A DNA stretch of 63,446 nt, filler included. It is 5 parts of 5 records of this genome, joined end to end, with 100 filler letters (N's around TTAATTAATTAA, not from the genome) between each part and the next. Parts side by side here need not be neighbours in the genome. Positions count along the whole stretch, not along the records: positions 1 to 25,383 come from SRR31156797_5718; 4 more parts are not named here. One strand, given 5' to 3'. The position numbers and the translations under genes are program-made. The notes below the pieces were generated by a model. It did not search any database and was not told where the DNA came from. It was given only the letters and a program-made list of their open reading frames with translations. The first letter of the stretch is position 1; each line of letters opens with the position of its first letter. Below, piece after piece: positions 12,874 through 21,541 of this stretch.

Positions 12874-14124
12874 ATGTTGAGGATTGGAATGATAATGCTA
12901 GGGCTTGTGCTAAGTTTTAGTACTTTTGCGAGCCGTGAATCCTCATTGTCATTACTTGATAACCGCTTTCGTGTGGATCCGACGATTACTCAAATTACGT
13001 TTGTTATCTATCGAGAGAAAGATTCTCAACCGGTTGTTTTAGTTCGTCCTGATGGTCGTAAATATTACGCTTCGCGTAACCCTGATAACGTACGTTGGTA
13101 TCAAGAACCAACGATGGACATTATTTCGATCGATAATCCGATGCCGGGACCATGGCAAGCCATTGGTAAGGTGTCGCCGAAAAATAATGTTAAATTAATT
13201 TCTCATCTGCAATTATCAGCCGACACATTTCCAAACCGTATCTATCATGGCGAAGAAATGAAGTTTACGGCTCGCTTAACTTCGGATGATAAACCGCTTC
13301 TTTTAAAAGATTTTCTAGAACGAGTAAACCTCAAGATCACGTTTAGAAAATTCATTGAAGATGAAGAGAGCTTAGTTAAAGAAGCCCGCCCAGTACCAAC
13401 GGTGATTGGTGAGTTTGCTGATGACGGTCGAGATTTGGACGAAAAACCAGGCGATGGGGTTTTTACGGTTAAGTTGGCGATTTCTCCTGAGCCAGGTAAA
13501 TATCGGGTGCGGATTACCTCTGGTAATGGTGTCTTCTTACGGGCTCAAGAACAAGATGTGTTGGTCTACCCAACGCCAATCACTTCTACTTTCATCCAGT
13601 CTCGAGAAGAAAACGAACCACATCATGTGATGATCAGTGGTGAGCAAGGGATGATAGAACCTGGTTCATTGGCATCCCAAATTCGCCATATTTACCCAGA
13701 TAGAAAAGAGTATCGTGTTGACGGGGTTGCCGAACCGGATTCCCTTAAAATGACGCTTAACGTCCCTTATAAAGGTGAGATCGGGAACTACTCGTGGGAT
13801 GGTGGTATTTATGCAACTGACCTTGCGACAAAGCGTCCGCTCTATTTCCCAATCAAAGAAAGTACTTATAGCGTGGTCCAAGAAATCGACCTTGAGCAGG
13901 CTCGTCTGATGCGAGAAGCTGAGCTGGAGCAGAAGCGTAAATTAGAGCAAGAAAGATTACTGATAGAAGTTCGTGAAGAGAAAAGAGTTAAGAACCTGAT
14001 TTATATCGTTGTCGGTAATATTGTGATTTTGCTGTTGGCTTTTGCTGTTTGGTTCATCCGAGGAAAAATAAAAGCTCGCAAAGAAATTTTACCGGAAATG
14101 CAATTGAACATGCCTAAAAAATAA
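12874..14124 (+). CDS. Conserved Vibrionales/Alteromonadales membrane-anchored protein (TIGR03503-like)
   Basis: Signal peptide, LLDNRFRVDP, PMPGPWQAIG, C-terminal TM; typical position after dnaQ. Confidence 0.8.
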   Translation: MLRIGMIMLGLVLSFSTFASRESSLSLLDNRFRVDPTITQITFVIYREKDSQPVVLVRPDGRKYYASRNPDNVRWYQEPTMDIISIDNPMPGPWQAIGKVSPKNNVKLISHLQLSADTFPNRIYHGEEMKFTARLTSDDKPLLLKDFLERVNLKITFRKFIEDEESLVKEARPVPTVIGEFADDGRDLDEKPGDGVFTVKLAISPEPGKYRVRITSGNGVFLRAQEQDVLVYPTPITSTFIQSREENEPHHVMISGEQGMIEPGSLASQIRHIYPDRKEYRVDGVAEPDSLKMTLNVPYKGEIGNYSWDGGIYATDLATKRPLYFPIKESTYSVVQEIDLEQARLMREAELEQKRKLEQERLLIEVREEKRVKNLIYIVVGNIVILLLAFAVWFIRGKIKARKEILPEMQLNMPKK

Positions 14125-14150
14125 AACTCCCCCTCAAATGAGGGAGAGTT
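14125..14150. terminator. Hairpin between convergent genes (probable bidirectional terminator)
   Basis: AACTCCCCCTCA-aa-TGAGGGAGAGTT imperfect inverted repeat. Confidence 0.65.
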
Positions 14151-14163
14151 GACGGAATGGTCA

Positions 14164-16608
14164 CTAAGCTACTTGTTCAAGTTTAGTGACTTTCTTTTTT
14201 GCAGCCAGTTCCTGAGGAGAGAAATCATCCACGTTGATGGTGTATAAACGATGACTTTCCGCTTCAACCAGAATCTCCGCTTCCTGTTCACTAATCACAC
14301 CTTTTTCAAGAGCTAACGCAGCCAGTTTATCCAGTTGGGTAAACGGACGACGCTGTTGCAGAGCTTTACAAGCTTTATCAAATACAGGCTCGGCTTGAAG
14401 TATCACGCTCAAAGCAAGCTCAATTCTACCCGCTGGGTTGTGTGTCGTCGGTTCTAGGTACTGATTACGACCAATTCGTGAACGTGTTGCACTTGGTGTT
14501 TGAAGGATCTGCGCCAGTTTGTGATCAAGTTTATCATTCGGTCCTTTACGAACTCGACCGAAGGGCAGAATGATGGCTCTCAATAGTTTTCCAATCCATC
14601 GATTTGGAAAGTTAGCAAGAAATTCATCAATCGCGACTTCTGTTTGCTTCAAGCTGTCTTGTAATCCCCAATGTACCAGAGCCAAGTCTTCAGCTGGGCG
14701 GTTATCATTTTCAAAGCGTTTAAGCGTGGCTGAACTTAGGTAAAGCTGGCTTAAAATATCCCCTAATCGAGCGGATAAACGCTCTTTACGTTTTAGTGAG
14801 CCACCAAGTACGGCCATGGAAATATCAGCCAACAGTGCTAAGTTTGCACTGTAGCGATTAAGCTGTTGGTAGTAACGTCGTGTAGCGTCTTTGGTCGGAG
14901 AATCTGAGCCGATACCATCGGTTAAGCCTAACCAGAGGCTACGAACTAGGTTACTGACAGTAAAGCTAACATGGCCAGCAAGAGCAGCATCAAATTGCTC
15001 TACCGCATCACTTTTTTCGGAATGTGCCGCTTCCATTTCTTTCAATACATAAGGATGGCATCGAATCGCACCTTGTCCGAAAATGATCATTGAACGAGTT
15101 AGAATATTGGCCCCTTCGACGGTTATTGCGATTGGCGCACCTTGATAACCTCTTGCCAAGAAGTTTGCAGGGCCTAAACAGATACCTTTACCACCCACAA
15201 TATCCATCGCATCAATGAAGCATTGCTGACCTCTGTGTGTACAGTGATATTTGACGATGGCTGAAATAACCGATGGCTTCTCACCTAAGTCGATACCTGC
15301 AACCGTCAGGTTGGCTGCTGCATCCATCACGTAAGCATTACCTGCGATTCGTGCTAGTGGCTCTTCAATGCCTTCCATATGGCCGATCGGTTGTTTGAAC
15401 TGACGACGAATACGAGAGTAAGCACCTGTAGCCAATGCCGCCATTTTCGTTCCACCAGTCGAGTTTGAAGGTAAGGTGATCCCACGACCAACAGACAAAC
15501 ATTCAACCAGCATTCGCCACCCTTGACCTGCCATTTCTGGTCCACCGATGATGAAGTCCAATGGGACGAAGATGTCTTGGCCGCGAGTTGGACCGTTTTG
15601 GAACGGAACATTGAGAGGGAAGTGGCGGTTGCCGATCTCTACGCCTTCAAGGTCTGTTGGAATAAGGGCACAAGTGATACCAATATCTTGCTTATCGCCT
15701 AATAGGTTATCAGGGTCTTGTAACTTAAACGCTAGGCCAAGTACCGTTGCCACGGGAGCCAGAGTGATATACCGCTTGTTCCAGGTTAAACGCATCCCCA
15801 GCACTTCTTTACCTTCCCATTCGCCTTTACAGACAACCCCAAAGTCAGGGATGGAACCTGCATCAGAGCCCGCTTCTGGGCTGGTTAGGGCAAAACAAGG
15901 AATTTCTTTCCCTTCGGCAAGACGAGGTAAATAATGGTCTTTTTGTTCTTTGGTTCCATAATGTTGTAGTAGTTCACCTGGTCCCAGAGAGTTAGGAACG
16001 CCCACGGTAGAAGAAAGTACACCAGAGACACCGGTAAGCTTCTGAAGTACCAGCGATTGAGCATACGCTGAGAACTCTAAGCCGCCGTACTCTTTCTTAA
16101 TGATCATGGCAAAGAATTTATGTTCTTTCAGGTACTGCCACACTTCTGGAGGTAGATCTGCCATTTCATGAGTGACTTGATAATCATTAACCATGGCACA
16201 CACTTCACTGACAGGGCCGTCAAGAAAAGCTTGCTCTTCTTTACTCAGTTTCGGAGCGCGAATGTTATGCAAATGTTTCCAGTCGGGTTTCCCTTTAAAA
16301 AGCTCCGCTTCCCACCAAACTGTACCTGCATCTAACGCTTCCTTTTCGGTTTGAGACATCGCAGGGAGCACTTTCTTAAATACCCGCAGTGCTTTAGCAC
16401 TAATCAAACTTTGGCGAATAGACGGTACGGTAAATACCGCGAGAGCGGCCAGATACAAACTCCAACCAATGATACCTACAGGACCAAACAGTGAGAGCAC
16501 CAGCATAGGGATAGTGAGTGCTGCTATGGCAACAAAGAGCGAGGTTCGGTGGTATAAGCAAGCGCTTAATACTGCAAAGACCCCGAGAGTAGAGAGCAAG
16601 ATATCCAT
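14164..16608 (-). CDS. fadE: Acyl-CoA dehydrogenase FadE
   Basis: [41 protein letters not shown]; start MDILLS after AAGGA. Confidence 0.97.
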   Translation of the reverse strand: MDILLSTLGVFAVLSACLYHRTSLFVAIAALTIPMLVLSLFGPVGIIGWSLYLAALAVFTVPSIRQSLISAKALRVFKKVLPAMSQTEKEALDAGTVWWEAELFKGKPDWKHLHNIRAPKLSKEEQAFLDGPVSEVCAMVNDYQVTHEMADLPPEVWQYLKEHKFFAMIIKKEYGGLEFSAYAQSLVLQKLTGVSGVLSSTVGVPNSLGPGELLQHYGTKEQKDHYLPRLAEGKEIPCFALTSPEAGSDAGSIPDFGVVCKGEWEGKEVLGMRLTWNKRYITLAPVATVLGLAFKLQDPDNLLGDKQDIGITCALIPTDLEGVEIGNRHFPLNVPFQNGPTRGQDIFVPLDFIIGGPEMAGQGWRMLVECLSVGRGITLPSNSTGGTKMAALATGAYSRIRRQFKQPIGHMEGIEEPLARIAGNAYVMDAAANLTVAGIDLGEKPSVISAIVKYHCTHRGQQCFIDAMDIVGGKGICLGPANFLARGYQGAPIAITVEGANILTRSMIIFGQGAIRCHPYVLKEMEAAHSEKSDAVEQFDAALAGHVSFTVSNLVRSLWLGLTDGIGSDSPTKDATRRYYQQLNRYSANLALLADISMAVLGGSLKRKERLSARLGDILSQLYLSSATLKRFENDNRPAEDLALVHWGLQDSLKQTEVAIDEFLANFPNRWIGKLLRAIILPFGRVRKGPNDKLDHKLAQILQTPSATRSRIGRNQYLEPTTHNPAGRIELALSVILQAEPVFDKACKALQQRRPFTQLDKLAALALEKGVISEQEAEILVEAESHRLYTINVDDFSPQELAAKKKVTKLEQVA

Positions 16609-16672
16609 GGTCACGTCCTTATAAATCATGCTTAACATCAGTTTTTTGTCAGCTTGATTTGTTCATTGTAAT

Positions 16673-16689
16673 AAGTGGTCTAACCAGTA
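16673..16689. promoter_or_regulatory. FadR operator upstream of fadE
   Basis: AAGTGGTCTAACCAGTA resembles the FadR palindrome AACTGGTCnGACCAGTT; fadE is a known FadR target. Confidence 0.8.
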
Positions 16690-16974
16690 AAGTGTAAATG
16701 ATTTATTAATAAAATGTAAAACACCCTTTTGTCTAAAAAGTGATCTAAGTAGAGTGAATGGTCTAATTTGTGCGCTGAATTGTGGTTTGTTGTTGGGATT
16801 AAGGTTCTAAAATGGCAATTGTTGATGGTGAAGCATCTCAGCTTTGAGTAAACTCTTGGAAGCCTGTTTATGTTTTATATAAAACGCTTCTAGCCATAAA
16901 ATATAAACAAACCCTATACCTCGGCTCTCTTACCAGAGAGTTTATCAGCAAGCAGATTAAAGAAGAGAATAACT

Positions 16975-17550
16975 ATGTATCAGGATCTAATTAAAAGTGA
17001 ACTGACAGAAGCCGCTGATGTGCTAAATAAGTTCTTAAGTGATGACCATAATATTGCGCAAATTGAAGCCGCAGCTAAAGCGATTGCTGATTCTTTCAAG
17101 CAGGGCGGTAAAGTGTTGTCGTGTGGTAATGGTGGTTCTCACTGTGATGCAATGCATTTTGCTGAGGAGCTAACAGGCCGCTATCGTGAAAATCGCCCTG
17201 GCTTACCTGGGATTGCGATTTCTGATCCAAGCCACTTGTCTTGTGTCAGTAACGATTTTGGTTATGACTTTGTGTTTTCTCGTTATGTGGAAGCGGTGGG
17301 TAGTGCTGGCGACGTTCTGTTTGGTCTGTCTACTTCAGGCAACTCGGGCAATATTCTAAAGGCTATTGAAGCTGCGAAAGCGAAAGGGATGAAGACGATC
17401 GCATTAACAGGCAAAGATGGCGGTAAAATGGCGGGCTTAGCGGATATTGAAATTCGTGTCCCACATTTTGGTTATGCAGACCGTATTCAAGAAATCCATA
17501 TCAAAATTATTCACATCGTTATTCAATTGATTGAAAAAGAAATGGAATAA
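16975..17550 (+). CDS. gmhA: Phosphoheptose isomerase
   Basis: SIS domain: [30 protein letters not shown]. Confidence 0.98.
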   Translation: MYQDLIKSELTEAADVLNKFLSDDHNIAQIEAAAKAIADSFKQGGKVLSCGNGGSHCDAMHFAEELTGRYRENRPGLPGIAISDPSHLSCVSNDFGYDFVFSRYVEAVGSAGDVLFGLSTSGNSGNILKAIEAAKAKGMKTIALTGKDGGKMAGLADIEIRVPHFGYADRIQEIHIKIIHIVIQLIEKEME

Positions 17551-17551
17551 G

Positions 17552-17606
17552 TATTAGGGCTGGTTTCAGCCCTAATATACCGAAGTGACAGTGAGATCTT
17601 CGGTAT
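17552..17606. other. Two tandem hairpins between gmhA and the next gene
   Basis: TATTAGGGCTG-gttt-CAGCCCTAATA followed by ATACCGAAG...CTTCGGTAT. Confidence 0.55.
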
Positions 17607-17633
17607 TGCCAAGTGGTAGGAGAAAAGAGAACC

Positions 17634-18479
17634 ATGTGTGAATTGCTCGGAATGAGCGCAAATGTACCGACAGATATCTGTTTTAGTTTTACGGGATTGA
17701 TGCAACGCGGCGGTAAAACTGGGCCACATAGAGATGGTTGGGGCATTACTTTTTATGAAGGCAAAGGCTTTCGTACGTTTAAAGACCCAAAGCCGAGTTG
17801 TGATTCTAAAATTGCTCAACTCGTTCAAGACTACCCGATAAAAAGTTGTGCGGTGATCAGTCATATTCGTCAGGCGAATCGCGGTGGAGTGAATCTCGAG
17901 AATACCCACCCTTTCACACGTGAACTGTGGGGGCGTTATTGGACATTTGCTCATAATGGTCAATTAACCGACTATCAAGATATGCAGACAGGTCGCCATC
18001 GCCCTGTGGGGCAAACGGACAGTGAAGCTGCCTTTTGTTGGTTGCTGGATAAGCTGGAAAACCGTTTCCCTGAGCCTCCAAAAGACATGATAGCGGTATT
18101 TCACTATCTTGCTCTGCGTTGTGATGAGTTGCGAGAGAAAGGTGTGTTTAACATGTTGCTCTCAGATGGGGAGTACATTATGAGTTATTGTACTAACCAC
18201 CTGTACTGGATTACTCGACGCGCTCCCTTTGGTAAAGCTGCGTTATTGGATGAAGATGTAGAAATCAACTTCCAAGAAGAGACAACGCCGAACGATGTTG
18301 TTTCTGTGATTGCTACTCAGCCTTTAACCGGTAACGAACAGTGGCAACGTATGAAGCCAGGGGAATTTAATATCTTTCACTGTGGTGAGTTGATAGATAA
18401 CAATTCTGATGCTTTAAAAGATGTCGCTTTTGCCGAGAAGAAGCCTGGCAACCAAGCACCTACAGAACCGTTAGAGTAA
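17634..18479 (+). CDS. Class II glutamine amidotransferase (YafJ-like)
   Basis: N-terminal nucleophile MCELLGMS, DGWG, ENTHPF, AHNG, GQTDSE. Confidence 0.93.
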   Translation: MCELLGMSANVPTDICFSFTGLMQRGGKTGPHRDGWGITFYEGKGFRTFKDPKPSCDSKIAQLVQDYPIKSCAVISHIRQANRGGVNLENTHPFTRELWGRYWTFAHNGQLTDYQDMQTGRHRPVGQTDSEAAFCWLLDKLENRFPEPPKDMIAVFHYLALRCDELREKGVFNMLLSDGEYIMSYCTNHLYWITRRAPFGKAALLDEDVEINFQEETTPNDVVSVIATQPLTGNEQWQRMKPGEFNIFHCGELIDNNSDALKDVAFAEKKPGNQAPTEPLE

Positions 18480-18484
18480 ACAAC

Positions 18485-18513
18485 AAGGTTGAGAGTCATT
18501 GCTCAACCTTTTT
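18485..18513 (+). terminator. Rho-independent terminator
   Basis: AAGGTTGAG-agtcattg-CTCAACCTT followed by T run. Confidence 0.8.
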
Positions 18514-18640
18514 CATTTTTTGGCCGAAGCCGTTGTTTTTGTTGTTCATCGTTGCTCACTTTTACTACCTTCTACAGCTATTTTCGCGCTCCTTGCGACC
18601 TACCTTTCAATTTAACCTGATTCTAATAATTCACCCTGAG

Positions 18641-18765
18641 TGGGCAGTTTTTTGTGCCTCACAGGGGAGAATTTGCCTAAGTTAGGCTATTTTTGGCCTA
18701 GATACTGAGTTTGTTAGTATAACTTGTTGATATTTAACATTTATATACTTGGCGTGGTTATTGGT
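18641..18765 (+). promoter_or_regulatory. Putative sigma54 promoter region of vgrG (activator sites, IHF site, -24/-12)
   Basis: GGCA...TGCC palindromes at 18641-18680; TAACTTGTTGATA at 18720-18732 is an exact IHF consensus (reverse); TTGGCGTGGTTATTGGT at 18749-18765 (GG-N10-GG instead of GC). Confidence 0.6.
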
Positions 18766-18809
18766 TCTACTAAGTGATAGTTGTTAGTCATTTATGTTAA
18801 GGATCACTT

Positions 18810-20921
18810 ATGTCGGCTCTGCGCTTTACCTTTCAAGTGAATGGGTTATCGGAAGAACTGTTTGTGGTTCGCGGGTTTGAAGGCCAAGAATGTTTATCCA
18901 ATCAAAATTCTTGTTTTGGCTTCCGTTATGGGATTCGCCTTGCCAGTCGCCGCGAAGATATTCAACCAGAGCAAATTGTAGATAAGTTCGCAGAACTGCA
19001 CGTATATCAAAATGGTGAGTTAACCCAACGGGTTCATGGCGTGATTCGCAATTTTACCCAAGGGGATATCGGTCACAACCATACTTTTTACTCGGTGACG
19101 CTGGTACCTGAGCTGGAGCGTTTGTCTTTACGTCACAATAGCCGTATTTTCCAGTTCAAAAGTAGTGTCGATATCGTTACCACTTTATTGAAAGAAGTCG
19201 GTATTCAGGATGTCACTTTCTCTTTAACCCGAGATTGTCAGCCGCGAGAGTTCTGTGTTCAATATCGAGAGACAGATTTAGAGTTTGTTCAGCGTTTGGC
19301 CGCTGAAGAAGGGTGGGTGTACAGCATTGAACACCAGAACGGTAAGCATAAACTGGTTTTTACTGATAGTTCAGAGCTTTTCCCTAAACTGAGTGAGGCC
19401 GTTACTTATCATTCAACCGCAGGTGGCGTTGCTCCGAGTTGCTTTGTGTCTGCTTTTAGTAAGCGGACTCAATCTGAAGTATCGGAAGTGGCATTAAAAG
19501 ACTATAGCTTCAAGAAACCTCAATACAGCTTCATGCAAGAGCAGTTTGGCTCGAACATGAGTTATCAGCGTGAAGGTTACGAGCACTTTGATTCGCCCGG
19601 CCGATACAAAGATGACATGAATGGAAAAGCCTTTAGCCGAGTTCGTTTAGAGTATCTACGGCGAGAGTCTCACCTTGCTTCGGGCTTAAGTAATCATGCA
19701 GGCTTAAGATCGGGTACTCTTTTCACTCTTGAAGACCATCTCAATGTTGACATGAATCGCAGTTGGTTGGTGGTGAATGTTAATCACAAGGGCGATCAGC
19801 CTCAAGCTTTGGAAGAGGATGCTACTCAAGGCGCTACTACTTACAGTAACTCTTTTTCGGTGATCCCATCGTCGCAGAACTGGCAAGCCACACCGCAACC
19901 TAAACCTCAGGTAGATGGCCCGATGATGGCTTTAGTTGTCGGCCCTGAAGGCGAAGAAATCTATTGTGATGAACATGGCCGAGTGAAAGTTCATTTTCCT
20001 TGGGATAGATATTCTGAAGGTAATGAGCACAGCTCGTGTTGGGTTCGTGTATCGCAAGGCTGGGCTGGTGGGCACTATGGCATGCTTGCTTTACCGCGTA
20101 TTGGACATGAAGTGATTGTTAGTTTTTTGAATGGTGACCCAGACCAACCAATCATTACAGGGCGCACTTATCATGCCATTAATAACCCACCTTATCCGCT
20201 ACCAGATAATAAAACCAAAACGGTTATTCGTAGTGAAACTCATAAAGGGGAAGGGTTTAACGAGCTCAGCTTTGAAGATCAGGTTGATAATGAACAAGTT
20301 TATTTGCACGCCCAGAAAGATTTCGTTTCAGAAGTAAAGAATGACCACTCTACTCATATTAAGCACGACAAACACTTAACGGTTGATAACGATAATTTTG
20401 AGCAAGTTGTTAGCAATCATCACCTGACTGTTGACGGTGAAAGTCGAACCAAAGTAGTGAAAGACAGCACCGCTATCACGGATGGTTCTGTGCACCAGAA
20501 AATCGGTTCTTTATATGCTTTGAATTCGGGCAACGAAGTACATGTTAAGTCTGGGCAAAAAGTCGTTATCGAGGCAGGGGCTGAGATCACGGTTAAGGCG
20601 GGAGGCAGCTTTGTCAAAGTTGATGCCTCTGGTGTGAGTATCGTTGGCCCTGCCATTAACCTCAATTCTGGTGGTAGCCCCGGCAGCGGCAGTGGTTACA
20701 GTGGTCAAGCACCAGTATTGCCAAATGGCGTTGATTCGGTCGCGGCACCTGAAGCGGTAGATCCAATGTCTATTACCGCGTCTGAAGTCGCTGGAACTCA
20801 GCTATTAACCGCTCCGGCCCCCATGAGTGAAGCTGAGCACAGTGAAATGGTTAACGACGGAGCATTAATTCGAGAGCTTTGTAATTGTGGACAGGGGGGC
20901 ACATGTCAGATACATGGCTAG
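18810..20921 (+). CDS. vgrG: Type VI secretion spike protein VgrG/TssI
   Basis: REFCVQYRETD, DYSFKKP, EIYCDEHGRVKV, WVRVSQGWAG, LPRIGHEVIV, gp5-like C-terminal beta repeats. Confidence 0.98.
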   Translation: MSALRFTFQVNGLSEELFVVRGFEGQECLSNQNSCFGFRYGIRLASRREDIQPEQIVDKFAELHVYQNGELTQRVHGVIRNFTQGDIGHNHTFYSVTLVPELERLSLRHNSRIFQFKSSVDIVTTLLKEVGIQDVTFSLTRDCQPREFCVQYRETDLEFVQRLAAEEGWVYSIEHQNGKHKLVFTDSSELFPKLSEAVTYHSTAGGVAPSCFVSAFSKRTQSEVSEVALKDYSFKKPQYSFMQEQFGSNMSYQREGYEHFDSPGRYKDDMNGKAFSRVRLEYLRRESHLASGLSNHAGLRSGTLFTLEDHLNVDMNRSWLVVNVNHKGDQPQALEEDATQGATTYSNSFSVIPSSQNWQATPQPKPQVDGPMMALVVGPEGEEIYCDEHGRVKVHFPWDRYSEGNEHSSCWVRVSQGWAGGHYGMLALPRIGHEVIVSFLNGDPDQPIITGRTYHAINNPPYPLPDNKTKTVIRSETHKGEGFNELSFEDQVDNEQVYLHAQKDFVSEVKNDHSTHIKHDKHLTVDNDNFEQVVSNHHLTVDGESRTKVVKDSTAITDGSVHQKIGSLYALNSGNEVHVKSGQKVVIEAGAEITVKAGGSFVKVDASGVSIVGPAINLNSGGSPGSGSGYSGQAPVLPNGVDSVAAPEAVDPMSITASEVAGTQLLTAPAPMSEAEHSEMVNDGALIRELCNCGQGGTCQIHG

Positions 20922-21541
20922 AGACGGATTTGAATATCCAAGCGCTAAATGGTTCCCCAATTGACCACTTCGCTAAAGACTCAAAAGTTTGTGTGGTACT
21001 TGAATCAACGCTGATGACTGAGTGGCAACAGGATTTGTACAAACATATTAATAAGTATGAGTTACCTGAACCGTATTTCGAGCGTTTATTTGAAGGGACG
21101 CAATACCAAAACTTAGAACATGGACCTGTCCTTGTCGATATTACTGACTATCCACAACTGCAAGCGATGTGGCTAACACGATTTGAAGAAAAGCCGTTGG
21201 GTTGCATAGTGTTGATGTCGAACAATGAGCAAGCATCACATCTCGCAAAGACTTTACGTAACCGTTTAACCGTGAATAAGACAGATCGACCTGCGTTTCT
21301 TCGATATTACGAACCAAGAATGTTACTACCGTTTATTGGCGCTCTCTCAATAGAAGAGAGACAAATGTTCATACCACAAATCCACACTATTTGTTGGCAC
21401 CACCACCAATGGTTACAAGCGACATGGCCACTTAAAGATATTCATCAAAACCAACTATCGGTGTGGAACCTAACTTCTAAACATATGCAAAAAATGAAAG
21501 ATATTATCTCAACGATTCAATACCCTGAGGTATCAGCATGA
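20903..21541 (+). CDS. DUF4123 T6SS effector adaptor/chaperone
   Basis: LFEGT..GPVLV and LRYYEPR motifs; overlaps vgrG stop and effector start. Confidence 0.85.
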   Translation: MSDTWLETDLNIQALNGSPIDHFAKDSKVCVVLESTLMTEWQQDLYKHINKYELPEPYFERLFEGTQYQNLEHGPVLVDITDYPQLQAMWLTRFEEKPLGCIVLMSNNEQASHLAKTLRNRLTVNKTDRPAFLRYYEPRMLLPFIGALSIEERQMFIPQIHTICWHHHQWLQATWPLKDIHQNQLSVWNLTSKHMQKMKDIISTIQYPEVSA

